Assembly (NCBI RefSeq): GCF_964355755.1
Contig: NC_092674.1
Location: 21,948,001 to 22,012,000, forward strand
Direction of reading: 5' to 3'
DNA: 64,000 nt
Origin: Antedon mediterranea
Taxonomy: Eukaryota; Animalia; Echinodermata
This document shows, piece by piece, positions 21,761-33,923 of this stretch. The notes below the pieces were generated by a model. The model made no database searches. It had not been told where the DNA came from and was given only the letters and a program-made list of their open reading frames with translations. Made by a program: the position numbers and the translations under genes. The number at the start of each line of letters is the position of its first letter. Position 1 is the stretch's first letter.

Positions 21761-24700
21761 ATGGATTTGACAAAGATGGCTATTGCGATATGTGAAGTTT
21801 TAATCTGCTTCAAGATTGCTGCAGCTGTTAACTTAACAGGTAAAGGAACCGTACCAAATCTCAGAGAAATTATTATCGGACGTTGTATTGAGTACCAAAC
21901 TGGTTTGGTGGTCCAGAATGATAACATGGATCTAGAAGAACTCGGGTAAGACGCCTTTTTAAATTTTGTTTAATGTAATAACGTGCATTGTTGAATTAAA
22001 TTCAAATTACTGAAAATTAAAATGCCGTGAATATCGTTGGCTGAATCTAAATGGAATTTGAGATACAAATTAAATAAGGAGAAACTCTAAATAAAAAAGA
22101 TAGCGTAAAAACAGCAATAAATAAAGTTTCAAGCTTCAGAAAAACACTATTCCTATTACTTTGTATGTCTTGCCAGTTTGTAATGCGAACTGTATTCTTT
22201 TTTGTTTGTGCGGGAAAACAAAACAGTTTCCACTAAGACTTGTATGTGCGGGAATGTAAAGACAATTTTCACGAAGACTTCATTATAATTCTTATATAAC
22301 TGTGATGCATTCCTGCCGTCTCCCTTTGTCAGTTCAAACAATATCTGGCTATTAGGATCAGGCATTTTATATACCGTAGTTCACCGACCATGATTATTAA
22401 GTCTAGATATAACATGGAATGTGGCTTTATCTATGGTATTGACCTGTACAGTGCCATCTTTAGATATTTAAAACATTATCATCATACATTATCATCAAAT
22501 ATTATTGCATTCTATCTTAAGACAGATATAATGGATCACAACCAAAACTAAAATAAACTCCGCAGATATGTTAAATAGAGAATAGAGTGTATTTTTAGCT
22601 TGAATTTAAAATTGAACACTAACATTATAAAATTCATTTTAGCTTCAGAAACATGTATAATTCAAAAACTATAATAGATAATTTATTTATTTCACTTAGA
22701 CTATGTAACTTAACATTTAATTCTATCATGATATTATGATCCTTTTTACCCAAGAGACATTTAAATGTAATTTAACATTGAACTTATAAAATTTGAACAT
22801 TTCGTGTAAAATTAATTTTGAAATTGAATACAGTAAACCTTTTTTTTTTTGCTTGATGTAGGCTACACTGTAAAATTAGGAAACTTAATTGTGTTCGCTT
22901 AACGTATTTAAATTATGCCTATTATGACATCCGATACATTTCTTTTGTCGAGTACATTGAACTGTAAAATGTCATTGAATTGAAAAACACCCAGGGGAAA
23001 GAGATTTAATCAGAAAAGATTATACAGTACTTTTATTCTTTCCTTATAACATTTCATAGTTACACCTGTTTTTTGTTTTTTTTAATAATGTTTTTATGAC
23101 ATATCAACGCAGTTTATTACTTAATTACAATCCTGCCTTTCCATTTTTTACTAGTTTTTTTTAAAATAAAATAATTCTTTTTCGACAGAGGGAAGCAGGC
23201 TATAATGTTAAATCAGCCTTTAAAAATACGTATTATTTTTGTAGGTCAAAAAATTGTACAAGAATCTGGGAACACTTTCGTGATTCATTTGCGTATCGTC
23301 ATCCTTGTGACGTCAGCATGGAAGACTATGACGAATTCTTAGAGGCCTCTAAAACTAAAATTCCAAAAAATATGGTGAGTAAAATAAAGCTGTCTATGAT
23401 ATATGCTATTATAATTATATGTCATTTGTGCTGTTAAAACTTAGAACGGTTTTCTCTAGCACTAGAATCGAAGGCCTACTATCTGACCGATTGGAATGAA
23501 AAAAAGATAAATAACAATTTGATTTAGAAACGGTTTCGTGGATCAATTGTTAGCTTCAACACAATGTTTAATTTTTGCTTCTCTTTGGATAATTATGACT
23601 TCATTATACAACCATCCAATCGATATAAGTATAATGATAAGATAACACCGCTATTGAATTTTCTAGGACTTTTATTACCAATTTATTAACTAAACTGTGT
23701 TTTGTTAAGAATGGAAAATATGGGAATATGAAAAACTTTAATAGAATTTTTTTGGGAAATAGGTTAATTCCAACTCTCCCAAATGATGGGAGTCGTTGTG
23801 TACGGTGGTCCTACAAACTTTCCCGAGTGGAGTCTGCTGATATTTCGTGTCATCTTCCGCTCTCCCGATAAAATATAGTTTTTCCAGATATTTTGATAAA
23901 CATAAAAAATATCAAGACAATGTATAATTTATATAGAAAACATACTAATATCGGTCCATAAGATGAATATAAATTGATGCATTTATTAATAGCAAAGTAT
24001 TTAGTTGGTAGGCTATGACAACAATACCCATTTTCTTATTATCAAAGATATTAATTTGCTATTTAGATTCCAATATCTTATTGTCTTTTAATAGCGTCCT
24101 CTGTGGTTTGGTGTTATGTTCAAAAGTTGGAGGTCTGAATATCAATATTCTGATATTTACTATAAACACAACAATCCTAACTTTTCTTTCATTTCCAGGC
24201 TACATATTGGGACGGATGGGACATTTACACAATCGTAACTAATTATGCAAATAAGGGCCAACGATCAGTTACCCTAGAAACTACCTTACCTGGTTATTTG
24301 GGAAACGGTATTTCATTTTGTGGTTCACCAGAAAACGATGGTCTGGGATATGAAAAATGTGCAGCTGAAGGTGATTGTGGTTTTGGAAAAGGAGCACTGG
24401 AGGCATTTTGGTCAAAGTTATCAACATATGTGAGTTATTAACAACTTATTAATGATATTAAGACAATAATATCCAAACGGAGCTGCCTTAACACACTCAT
24501 TTTACATATTAAAGATAGCCATAATATATCGTGCTACCTAGCTATATTATCCTAATTTGGACATAATCGTCTAAATGCAACATATTCCAATCAATTTTTC
24601 CTTCCAGTAACAACCGAATAAAATAGAATTAGCAAATAAGGTAAACAATTAAAAAAAAAAAACACATAGGGTTTTCGTTACTATACTGTATCTAGATGTG

Positions 24701-26905
24701 CCCAATATCACAGGAAAATCTTATTCACATTCACATTTGATCGCGTCGCTTAGTAGGCCTATCATAGACGATAACCTAACCCTTAACTTATCCTTACATG
24801 ATACAAGCACCACATGTAATGCACATGAGATGCGTTATCCCGTAATTGTTTATTCCACACACACAAAAAAAACAAGACCAACAGCCATAAGTCGCGTGCT
24901 CTCCACGCGACTAACGACCGACATATTTAAAACTTGTCTGTACATCAAAACAGTTCAAAAAGTACAGAAAAGCGATAAAACGCATAGTGATACCGGACCG
25001 ACAGACAGACCGAAAGACAGACCGACCGACCGACCGACCGACATAGTGAACTATTGAGTCTCGTCCACGCGACTAAAAATTACACGAATAAATAAACTGA
25101 AACCCAGTGGTATGCGCTATTTTGTTTGGTCATTGGTATAATGCAATGTTTTCCTTTGTTTTATTTAAGTTTGGATCGGAAGGAGAAGGTAATGTAAAAG
25201 TTTTCTTTAATAGTAATCGAGAACACGGATCTTTTCAAGAATATAACAGGTAAGTGGTGCAGTTAAATTATTTAACCCCACATTAAATCTTGTGTATAAG
25301 CAGAGAGTTGTTACATCAGGGAGTTGATAACAACTCCCTGGTTACATTAGTTAATTAGCTGTCTGATCTAACTCCCTGATATAAGAATTATAAACAAATA
25401 ATCTTTCTTTTCTTGAAATATGATATTCAGTAATATCACAACATTATACTTACATTTTACTTTATTAACTCATCGCTTATTGATGACCCCATGGATGAAA
25501 CTACTATGGTATTAACGGATATTTATTTACTTCATTTTATTTATATCTACAGCTTTTTCTATCATTTTGAAGTACTATATTTAAATTCAACACGAGTAAA
25601 CCACATGGATATATTTGTTGTCACCGAACTCAATCAAACTAGAGGGTAATGTAGTGCCTTATTCATAAATATTTAGCTAGTTTATGTGTCTGAAAATAAA
25701 CCAAATTTAATGTTACTAGCCTATATTGAGTTACCAGCATTGTGCTATTGAAGCAGTTATGAATAACAACTTTTTAAAGAAGCGAAACATAAAACAGGCT
25801 ATTTAGAAAATAAAATCGTCAATTATATATCGATATCATGTATAAATCATTCTCATAAAATAGGCTGTTTAGAAAATAAAATCGTCAATTATATATATCG
25901 ATATCATGTATAAACCATTCTAAAATTGTCGGCCTACACTATATTAGTAATTGTGTTTTCTTTTATTCACGTAGAGATACTTGTGAATCGCCATCTCTAA
26001 TCAGACTTGGTGAGCTTCTAGATGAGCGACACATTTCTCACAGCTGCTACGAGCAACCAGAGTAAGTTTAATCCAATATCATTCATTCATAGGCCTACTT
26101 ATACAGTGTACTTATTGAATAACATACTAGTTAGCAATTCAACCAAACTGACTGTATCAATATCGCGATTTTGCTTGAGAATTACACTGAGTAAAATTAT
26201 ATATGGATATGAAGCTTTTTTTTCCGTCCCCCTTTTATTACAACTGGAAATTAAAGCTTGCATTTATGACAATTAAGTTGTTAAGCACATTCGTACGTTT
26301 CTCTCATTCGTATGTTACACAAAGATTGTTATCGTGTTAAAGGTAGTTAAAAAACAAAAGATACAAATGAGATTATTTATTTCAAAGTTTCATTGTTCTT
26401 CATTTACAATTTAAGGAAAAGGTAATACAAATATATAAATAAAAAACATTGCAATAAAGAAGACGATAAACAGTGATACTTTTTCGTGTTCGGCGGGTAG
26501 AGTATAAACCCAGGGGGGGGGGGGGATGGGGTATAATATCCTCTCTAGATTCGAAACTAGAATAATCAAGTAACGTACGTCTATAATATGTGACAGTCCT
26601 CATCAATGTCGTCGGTAAACGCAAATCGTATTTATGCAAGCATGACTCGAAATTTATTTCACCTGAGTCGTTACCACAAACATCAATTTTACAAACTATT
26701 TATGCCTATTGTTGGTTTTTATTGCAGAGCTGTTATGCATGTGCTTTGTGCGGATGAACCGGACCACGCAGACTGCCAGTTTAAAGTGCGGTCAGGAGGT
26801 ACTTCAGCTTTATGGTTTTCTTCTTCGCGGCAGACAACCTATCTATATTGTTGTTTCTATTTCCTAACATTTTTTGCGTACTGGAGATTGACACACTTTC
26901 CTTAA
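21761..26905 (+). CDS. ADP-ribosyl cyclase / NAD glycohydrolase, CD38/BST1 family, with signal peptide and hydrophobic (GPI-like) tail
   Basis: Exons 21761-21945, 23245-23374, 24199-24429, 25170-25249, 25553-25645, 25975-26061 and 26728-26905 are in frame: GKGTVPNLREIIIGRCIEY..NCTRIWEHFRDSFAYRHPCDVSMEDYDEF..TLETTLPGYLGNGISFCG..EAFWSKLS..SFFYHFEV..DTCESPSL..CYEQP..VMHVLCADEPDHADCQF. Family cysteine pattern and catalytic Glu are present. Confidence 0.92.
24870..25079. mobile_element. Helentron/DINE-like non-autonomous element
   Basis: aacaaga start, (gacc/gaca)n microsatellite and terminal hairpin gtc(g/t)cgt..cacgcgactaaaaa. Confidence 0.6.
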
Positions 26906-29554
26906 TTATAATTTATAAACTGTTACTTTTTGTAAAATTGACCTAATGCTTTTCATGCATTGATTGTAATGTTGGCTCAAATACCCATTTCACACAAGAT
27001 TTTGATAATTACTGTTATTATGAAAATCTGGATCTGCGCATGCTCCATGTTTCCATAAACTTGTTTTTACGCTATAGGGGGCAGTCTAAATTCGGTTTAA
27101 TGCATCCGCATTCCATGGAGAGACACAGAGTCCAGGGAAAATTATCTACATCATTCTCATTTTCCTAGCGTACGCATAATTTACTGTAATTTTGCTCAAA
27201 ATTAGCAACTGACGAACCTATAATACAGCAGTCTAGTTCTCATTGTGCTGACAATCCTGACATACTCAGTAAATAGGCCTGGCTAGACTCAACTAGCCTA
27301 GCAGATTCCACATGCTGGGCCTGTTATAATTTTATTTTGTAAAATGTATTCACCCTAGTTGGTCTTCATCGTGGCTATTTATGTGATCGCATCGATTAAT
27401 CGACGATTAGCAAATTATATCTGTAGGACATATACTAGCAGTTTAATTTGATGTTTACAATGTGTGTGTGTGTGTGAAAAATAATTAAACAAACCTATGG
27501 CCTAACCGTATGTTGTAGGCATAGGTTTATAAGTGTAGTGAATATTGAATATACTTATAATGTAGTATTCAAAAGTAAGGTGTTTTGACGATTTTACTGC
27601 ATCAAGTAAGACTTAGATTATAAAATAATTACACTTTATATTTATATGTAGTGAGTAGTAGTATGTGTAGAGTAGTTAAGTAGTTTAAAAGTAGGCATTC
27701 TACTCGTCTGGTACAATAAAACAGTGATGCTTTAGTACACTTTAAATAGGCTAGAAAATAATAGTAGTACTAAAAATAATCAATGCATTTTAAACTATAT
27801 TTATGTCTATGTTTATGACGATTATTTTAAATTAAGAAATTTTGTTTTGTAAATTACTTGTGACGATTTCTATTGAAAAAAAACCTGTTTTCAATTAAAA
27901 GATGAATAAAATAAAAATTGAGTGAAATAGACGAATATGAAAATATTACGGCTTTCCATGTATTCAGTACATACCATGTTTTCTGTAGTGGAAAAAGACA
28001 GTCAAACAGTATCAGGTATTTTCTAAACTGTGCATAATTATTAGCATCCAATTGAACCGTGGATGTGCACTATTTTTCCTCTCCCAAGTCTCCAGCACAA
28101 ATTGCTAAAGATGTATTGTCCCCCAAAAACATGACATTAAAATGACATATTAAAAAAAAATTATTAAGAATTATGTTTTCATGGGGGACAATACATATTT
28201 AATGCATTATGGTATTGTACAGACTATCGACGATTTTGAAATAATTTGTTGTGCCAGACCAAATTCATATTTCATAATAACACAGAATTACAGAAATTTA
28301 ACACACATAACAAGCGAGTGTACATTATATTAAATTTATAAAGTAGGCCTACATAATATCTTTAATGCAATGCATTATTTTGATTATATTATACTTATAA
28401 TAATTTGTAATAGGCCTATTATATATCACTAGTCAAATTATTGGAAGCATGAAATACAAAACCAATGTCATTCACCCCGACTTCGTGCATAACTTTATAA
28501 TTGCTTCCTTGTAGGCCTACTGTTTTTTAACTTTTCAATATCCTTTGATGTGGTTGATTCTTTAATATGTTTTTAATAACAATTTTTTTTATATTTAGAT
28601 TTATTTTATTTTTTTATGAATAATACCAATATACTCCAGATATGAATAATTATTATTAATATTTGTTTATTCTATTTATTTATAAAATCAGTAAAATTCT
28701 ATCGCTTATGCCAATAATGCACCAATGCTTTACAACAATTTCTACAGTAGGCCTATATCTAAAATAATGAAACAACGTGACGTGTCATTTATTTCGGGTG
28801 AATGATTAGTTTGTTTTGTACCTTTTGTTACTCAAATCCGTGGAAGCTGTTACCTAAGCTTTTCTTTGTTTCAAGAAAACAATAGACTGGTATTGATATA
28901 ATATTCCTACTGCTGCTGTACCAACGTAAAACTGATTAGCAGGTTATGACGAAGAATGAACCGACATACACCGTGTACACACATGTTTTCCAAATACGTT
29001 TAAGATATTTGACTAAAAGAAATTCACGTCGTTATTCTTTATTTCATTCCATCATCGCCACTAACAGGCTGGTTAAAATATAATATTACAGGTTAAATAA
29101 GTAAAATAATAGAACGGAAAAATATATAGAGAAACTCCAATAAGCAGGTTTGCGTGCATTGCAACGTGGAAATAATAATGAATGAATTAACACGTTAATA
29201 TTTTATATCTGATAAATACCAGAATATTTTCGTATTGCCATTCCGACATCCATAAGCTTACATTAGACGTCAGCTCTAGGACGTTTTTCTCTCATCCTGA
29301 GAGTATCATAGTGAAATTCGGCATATAGTGCGCTATGTATACGAATATATTGCATTCAATACACGGATGCACCTTCTATTTTATTTTATTTTTTATTTCT
29401 TTATTCGAATTCACAAAAAAACACTACGTATAAAAAACAAAGAGTGAATTCAGGGTAACACAAAAAAGTAACCAAAGGTCAAACTTATTTCCATTGTGGC
29501 CCTTAAGGATGAAAAAACCTAAGAATAAACATTTACAATAAACAAAAACACAAG

Positions 29555-29593
<39 letters not shown>

Positions 29594-29599
29594 TTATAA

Positions 29600-29866
29600 T
29601 CTTTCAAGCATAACCTCTTTGAGATGTTTCCTGATATTTCTTTTGAATTGATTGATGGTTTCTGAACACTGTATCAATTTTTGCAGGTGATTCCATGACG
29701 TTATTGCCGTGTTAACAAAGGTTAGTTTGGGAGTGGTTACCTAAGGTCTATAAATTGATTGAGTTACAAATCTAGTAGTGTACTGGTGAATAACATTTGC
29801 TCTACTAATTCCACTCATAAACGTAGGGCTTATTCCATTATTAATGCGATACATGTGACTAAGTTT
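29600..29866 (-). mobile_element. Decayed LINE (L2/Crack-like) ORF2 3' fragment
   Basis: Minus strand translates to KLSHMYRINNG..HQYTTR..TAITSWNHLQKLIQCSETINQFKRNIRKHL, with frameshifts. Confidence 0.6.
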
Positions 29867-31005
29867 TATTTTTTATTTTATTTTTTATTTTATTCAATCA
29901 AAACCAACAGCGATAAATACCGCCACTAACAGGTTTGAAACATAAAACAATACAACATCAAAAACGGTTAACAATAAAATACAGATAAAATAGATATATA
30001 TATATATAAAACATAGATTGGCATGCCATAAACAATTTCAATTAAAACAGGTTATGCAGGCTGTTCAAGAAGTGAACACATCATCGTCCTCTTAAAATAA
30101 CCAAGTCTATCATTAAAAATATCGATATGATTGCTATTTAGATTATTAAATGTATAAGGTAGTCTATGAAAAAGTCCCCTCTTAGTACAGTCGACACGGC
30201 TAAAAGGAATATGCAATAAATGTCTATTTCGTGTACGACCAGGAACATTTAAACTAAATAGTGAAATTAATGAACAGTCATATTTAGAATTTAAAATATT
30301 ATATAAAAAAACCATATCAGATATCGTTCGACGATTGCTGACAGAATCAATGGAAAAGGCAAAATTAACACAGTTATAAGACAGGAATCGAACAAACTTC
30401 CGTTGAACAGTGTCGATTCGACGGGCCTGACATGGAGAAATTGAATTGAAAATTGCGGAACAATATTCAAGGTGAGGACGTATAATAGATTTGTATAAAG
30501 ATAAAAGTGCCCTGCCGTCGTTCATAAACCTACAATTTCTCCATATTAAGCCCATCATTCTATTAGCTTTTGACAACACATGATTAATATGTGAACAAAA
30601 ATTTAATTTACTATCAATAAAAATACCTAAATCTTTCCATACATAAACCATCTCAAGATCATGTCCACTCAGATTATAATTGAAGAGCACAGGCCTTTTT
30701 TTAAGTGTTATAGATAAATATTTGCATTTATTAGCATTAAGTTTTATCCCCCACTTCTCCGTCCATTCCACGAGACCATCCAGATCCTCCTGAAGTGAAA
30801 AAGCATCCTGTGGAGTGGTAATCACTTTAAACAATTTCAGATCGTCAGCAAATAAAAGAGACTCGGAATGATTAAATTTTAAAGGAAGATCGTTGATAAA
30901 TAAATTAAACAAAAGCGGGCCCAGGATCGAGCCCTGCGGAACGCCCGATAACACAGGGAGCCAATCAGATGTCTCTCCCCCAATGACAACACGCTGTTGT
31001 CTATT
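29867..31005 (-). mobile_element. 5'-truncated non-LTR retrotransposon (CR1/Jockey group) RT fragment
   Basis: ORF 30052-31026: SGVPQGSILGPLLF, FADD, KDLGIFID, YKSIIRPHLEYC. A-rich (aataaa)n tail at ~29867-29895. Confidence 0.92.
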
Positions 31006-31576
31006 AAATTCAGTTAATGTATTCAATGTAAAACTTCAGTTTGTTTAATTCATTATCCCCAATGTGCTCCCTTGGTTCAAGACCAAGAAATACATTTATT
31101 TGTTTTTACAGAATTTAAATTGACCATTTCTTCAAATTACAATTTATATATATAATGTACCTGTATATACTCTAACTTCATCAATTTAAGTCATTATTTT
31201 AGTCTAAATTATAATTACTATACCTACAACACGAGAAATAGCCAAAATACATTTAGAAAACCTTATCCTTACTGCACAAAATTCAGTTAATGTATTCAAT
31301 GTAAAACTTTATTACTACTTCTACGTTAAATCATGATATCTAACCAAAACAGCAACATCTAGTTTTAACAGTATTGTAATTGTTCTGGAAGGGGTTCGAT
31401 GAACAATTATTTCAACAAAAATTATATCAATTGTCAATACATGTTATATGCATAATGCACAAGTATAATGCATAATGTTTGCGTTTCGCACATTCATCAC
31501 ATCAAGTCTATTAAATACTGTAATATTTTTTATTCATTTGTAGGTTTAGTATCCGTCATCATTATTGGTAATTTAT

Positions 31577-32077
31577 TAAGCTTGGTTCCCACTAGCGACG
31601 CAACACAAGGACGTAACGCAACGCAAGTGAATTGACCAATCACAAGCGATGGCTTATTCGCTTGTGATTGCTAACTAACTTGAGTGAGTGAGTGGCCGAG
31701 CGGTTAAGACAGTGGAACCGTAATTACGTAGCCATAACATCGGCAGGGGTTCGAGGCTCACTCACTCAATGGTTCTGGTGGTAGAACGAGTCTTCTCGGA
31801 TAACGACTATAAACCGTAGGTCCAGTGTACACATCTAGCTCGTGTACACTTTAAAGAACTTAGTACATCTTTCGAGACGAGTAGGGGGTTACCCCGGTGT
31901 ATTAGTACATCACAGCCACTGATCACCAACTGGGCCCTCTGGGAGACCAGTCTTTGACTGAAGAGGTCACCCAGTATAAATATAAATTTCACCTGTCTAT
32001 AACTTCTCCTGTCATTGGTTAAAACGCTTGCGTTGCGTTTACGTCCTTGCGTTACGTTTTAGTGGGAACCAAGCTTT
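31577..32077. mobile_element. MITE family B (TIR aagcttggttcccact) interrupted by a SINE; other copies at ~8755-8860, 45515-45620, 46270-46325, 53147-53291
   Basis: aagcttggttcccactag..acgcaacgcaag..ttgcgttgcgt..agtgggaaccaagctt. Confidence 0.8.
31681..31990 (+). mobile_element. Full-length tRNA-derived SINE (5'-truncated copies at 32348-32600, 32958-33215, 41425-41570)
   Basis: A box tggccgagcggttaag, B box ggttcgagg and central tcttctcggata..actataaaccgtaggtcc..cactttaaagaac. The core resembles the MetaSINE-type domain as recalled; not verified. Confidence 0.85.
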
Positions 32078-33292
32078 AGTATACACAAGCAATATTAATT
32101 GATTTACTTTAGCATCATCCTATTGTTATCTATGTAAATCTGCTCAACTTAGCGTACAAAAATTGAACACCAATCAGATATTCGGTAGCTGTGATTGGAA
32201 TTACAATACCACCGCAACCCAGTTCAGTGCCGTATGTGCACATGCGACTCTGTAGAACTTCACTGTTTTTATTTATGATATTCTTTAACAAAAATGCAAA
32301 AAACAGTGGTAAGTAGGCCTACACATTGTATACATTTATAGACTTTAACATCGGCAGGGGTTCGAGGCTCACTCACTCCATGGTTCTGGTGGTAGAACGA
32401 GTCTTCTCGGATAACGACTATAAACCGTAGGTCCAGTGTACACATCTAGCTCGTGTACACTTTAAAGAACTTAGTACATCTTTCGAGACGAGTAGGGGGT
32501 TACCCCGGTGTATTAGTACATCACAGCCACTGATCACCAACTGGGCCCTCTGGGAGACCAGTCTTTGACTGAAGAGGTCACCCAGTATAAATATAAATTT
32601 CACCTGTCTATAACTTCTCCTGTCATTGGTTAAAACGCTTGCGTTGCGTTTACGTCCTTGCGTTACGTTTTAGTGGGAACCAAGCTTTAGTATACACAAG
32701 CAATATTAATTGATTTACTTTAGCATCATCCTATTGTTATCTATGTAAATCTGCTCAACTTAGCGTACAAAAATTGAACACCAATCAGATATTCGGTAGC
32801 TGTGATTGGAATTACAATACCACCGCAACCCAGTTCAGTGCCGTATGTGCACATGCGACTCTGTAGAACTTCACTGTTTTTATTTATGATATTCTTTAAC
32901 AAAAATGCAAAAAACAGTGGTAAGTAGGCCTACACATTGTATACATTTATAGACTTTAACATCGGCAGGGGTTCGAGGCTCACTCACTCCATGGTTCTGG
33001 TGGTAGAACGAGTCTTCTCGGATAAGGACTATAAACCGTAGGTCCAGTCTACACATCTAGCTCGTGTGTACACTTTAAAGAACCTAGTACATCTTTCGAG
33101 ACGAGTAGGGGGTTACCCCGGTGTATTAGTGCATCACAGCCACTGATCACCAACTGGACCCTCTGGGAGACTAGTCTTTGACTGAAGAGGTTACCCAGTA
33201 TAAATATAAATTTCAATTCAATCACCTGTCTATAACTTCGCTTGTCATTGGTTAAAACGCTTGCGTTGCGTTTACGTCCTTGCGTTACGCTC
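31736..33292 (+). repeat. ~611-bp tandem repeat, ~2.5 copies (SINE body + MITE end + unique DNA)
   Basis: aacatcggcagggg recurs at ~31736, 32348 and 32958. Identical ORF-track peptides at 31807 and 32418 are offset by 611. Confidence 0.9.
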
Positions 33293-33923
33293 TAGACTTT
33301 AAAATATCTATATTATTTTTTTTATAAATAATATTAAATTTAGTTTAAGTCTATACTGGTGTAATGTGTTTTGTACATTTAACCGAGAGCGAGAGTTCGG
33401 TCGGTCGTTTTTGCGTCTACTACGTATTTGCTTTGCGTCTCTGTAGGAAACATAGACGTTCCATGTGGGAACCAACACCCTTTAATTCGTACTTTTACAC
33501 ATTTTAGCACATACAATTATTATATTCTTGCGGTGTAACGACTTGTTCTTTCCACCATTGTACATGTATGTTGAGATGAATAGTCCTACCATACATCATT
33601 TTTTATATCACACCTCGTTTTATTTTGGTTTTAAACGTATACCGTAAATCTCTGTCTACACTATAACACATAACAAGTGTGATATGCCAAATATGGTAGT
33701 TATTAGACGTCATCGTGTCCATTTATGGGCACATCACACTTTTTCTGTCAAATTACTTTGATAGTGTAGACACAGCTTAAGGTAGCCTACAGTACATCGA
33801 ATAAGTGACTCAATCAATTTTTTAAGGTAACAGGTGTTCGTGGGTTTTTTAGGTGATAATCACCAATTAGTTACAATTTTGATTTAATATTTTATTTATA
33901 TTATTTCTTTCCCTTTTTTTCAG

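Noticed and set aside
31807-32603. Duplicate 61-aa ORFs
   Set aside because: Antisense translation of SINE copies.
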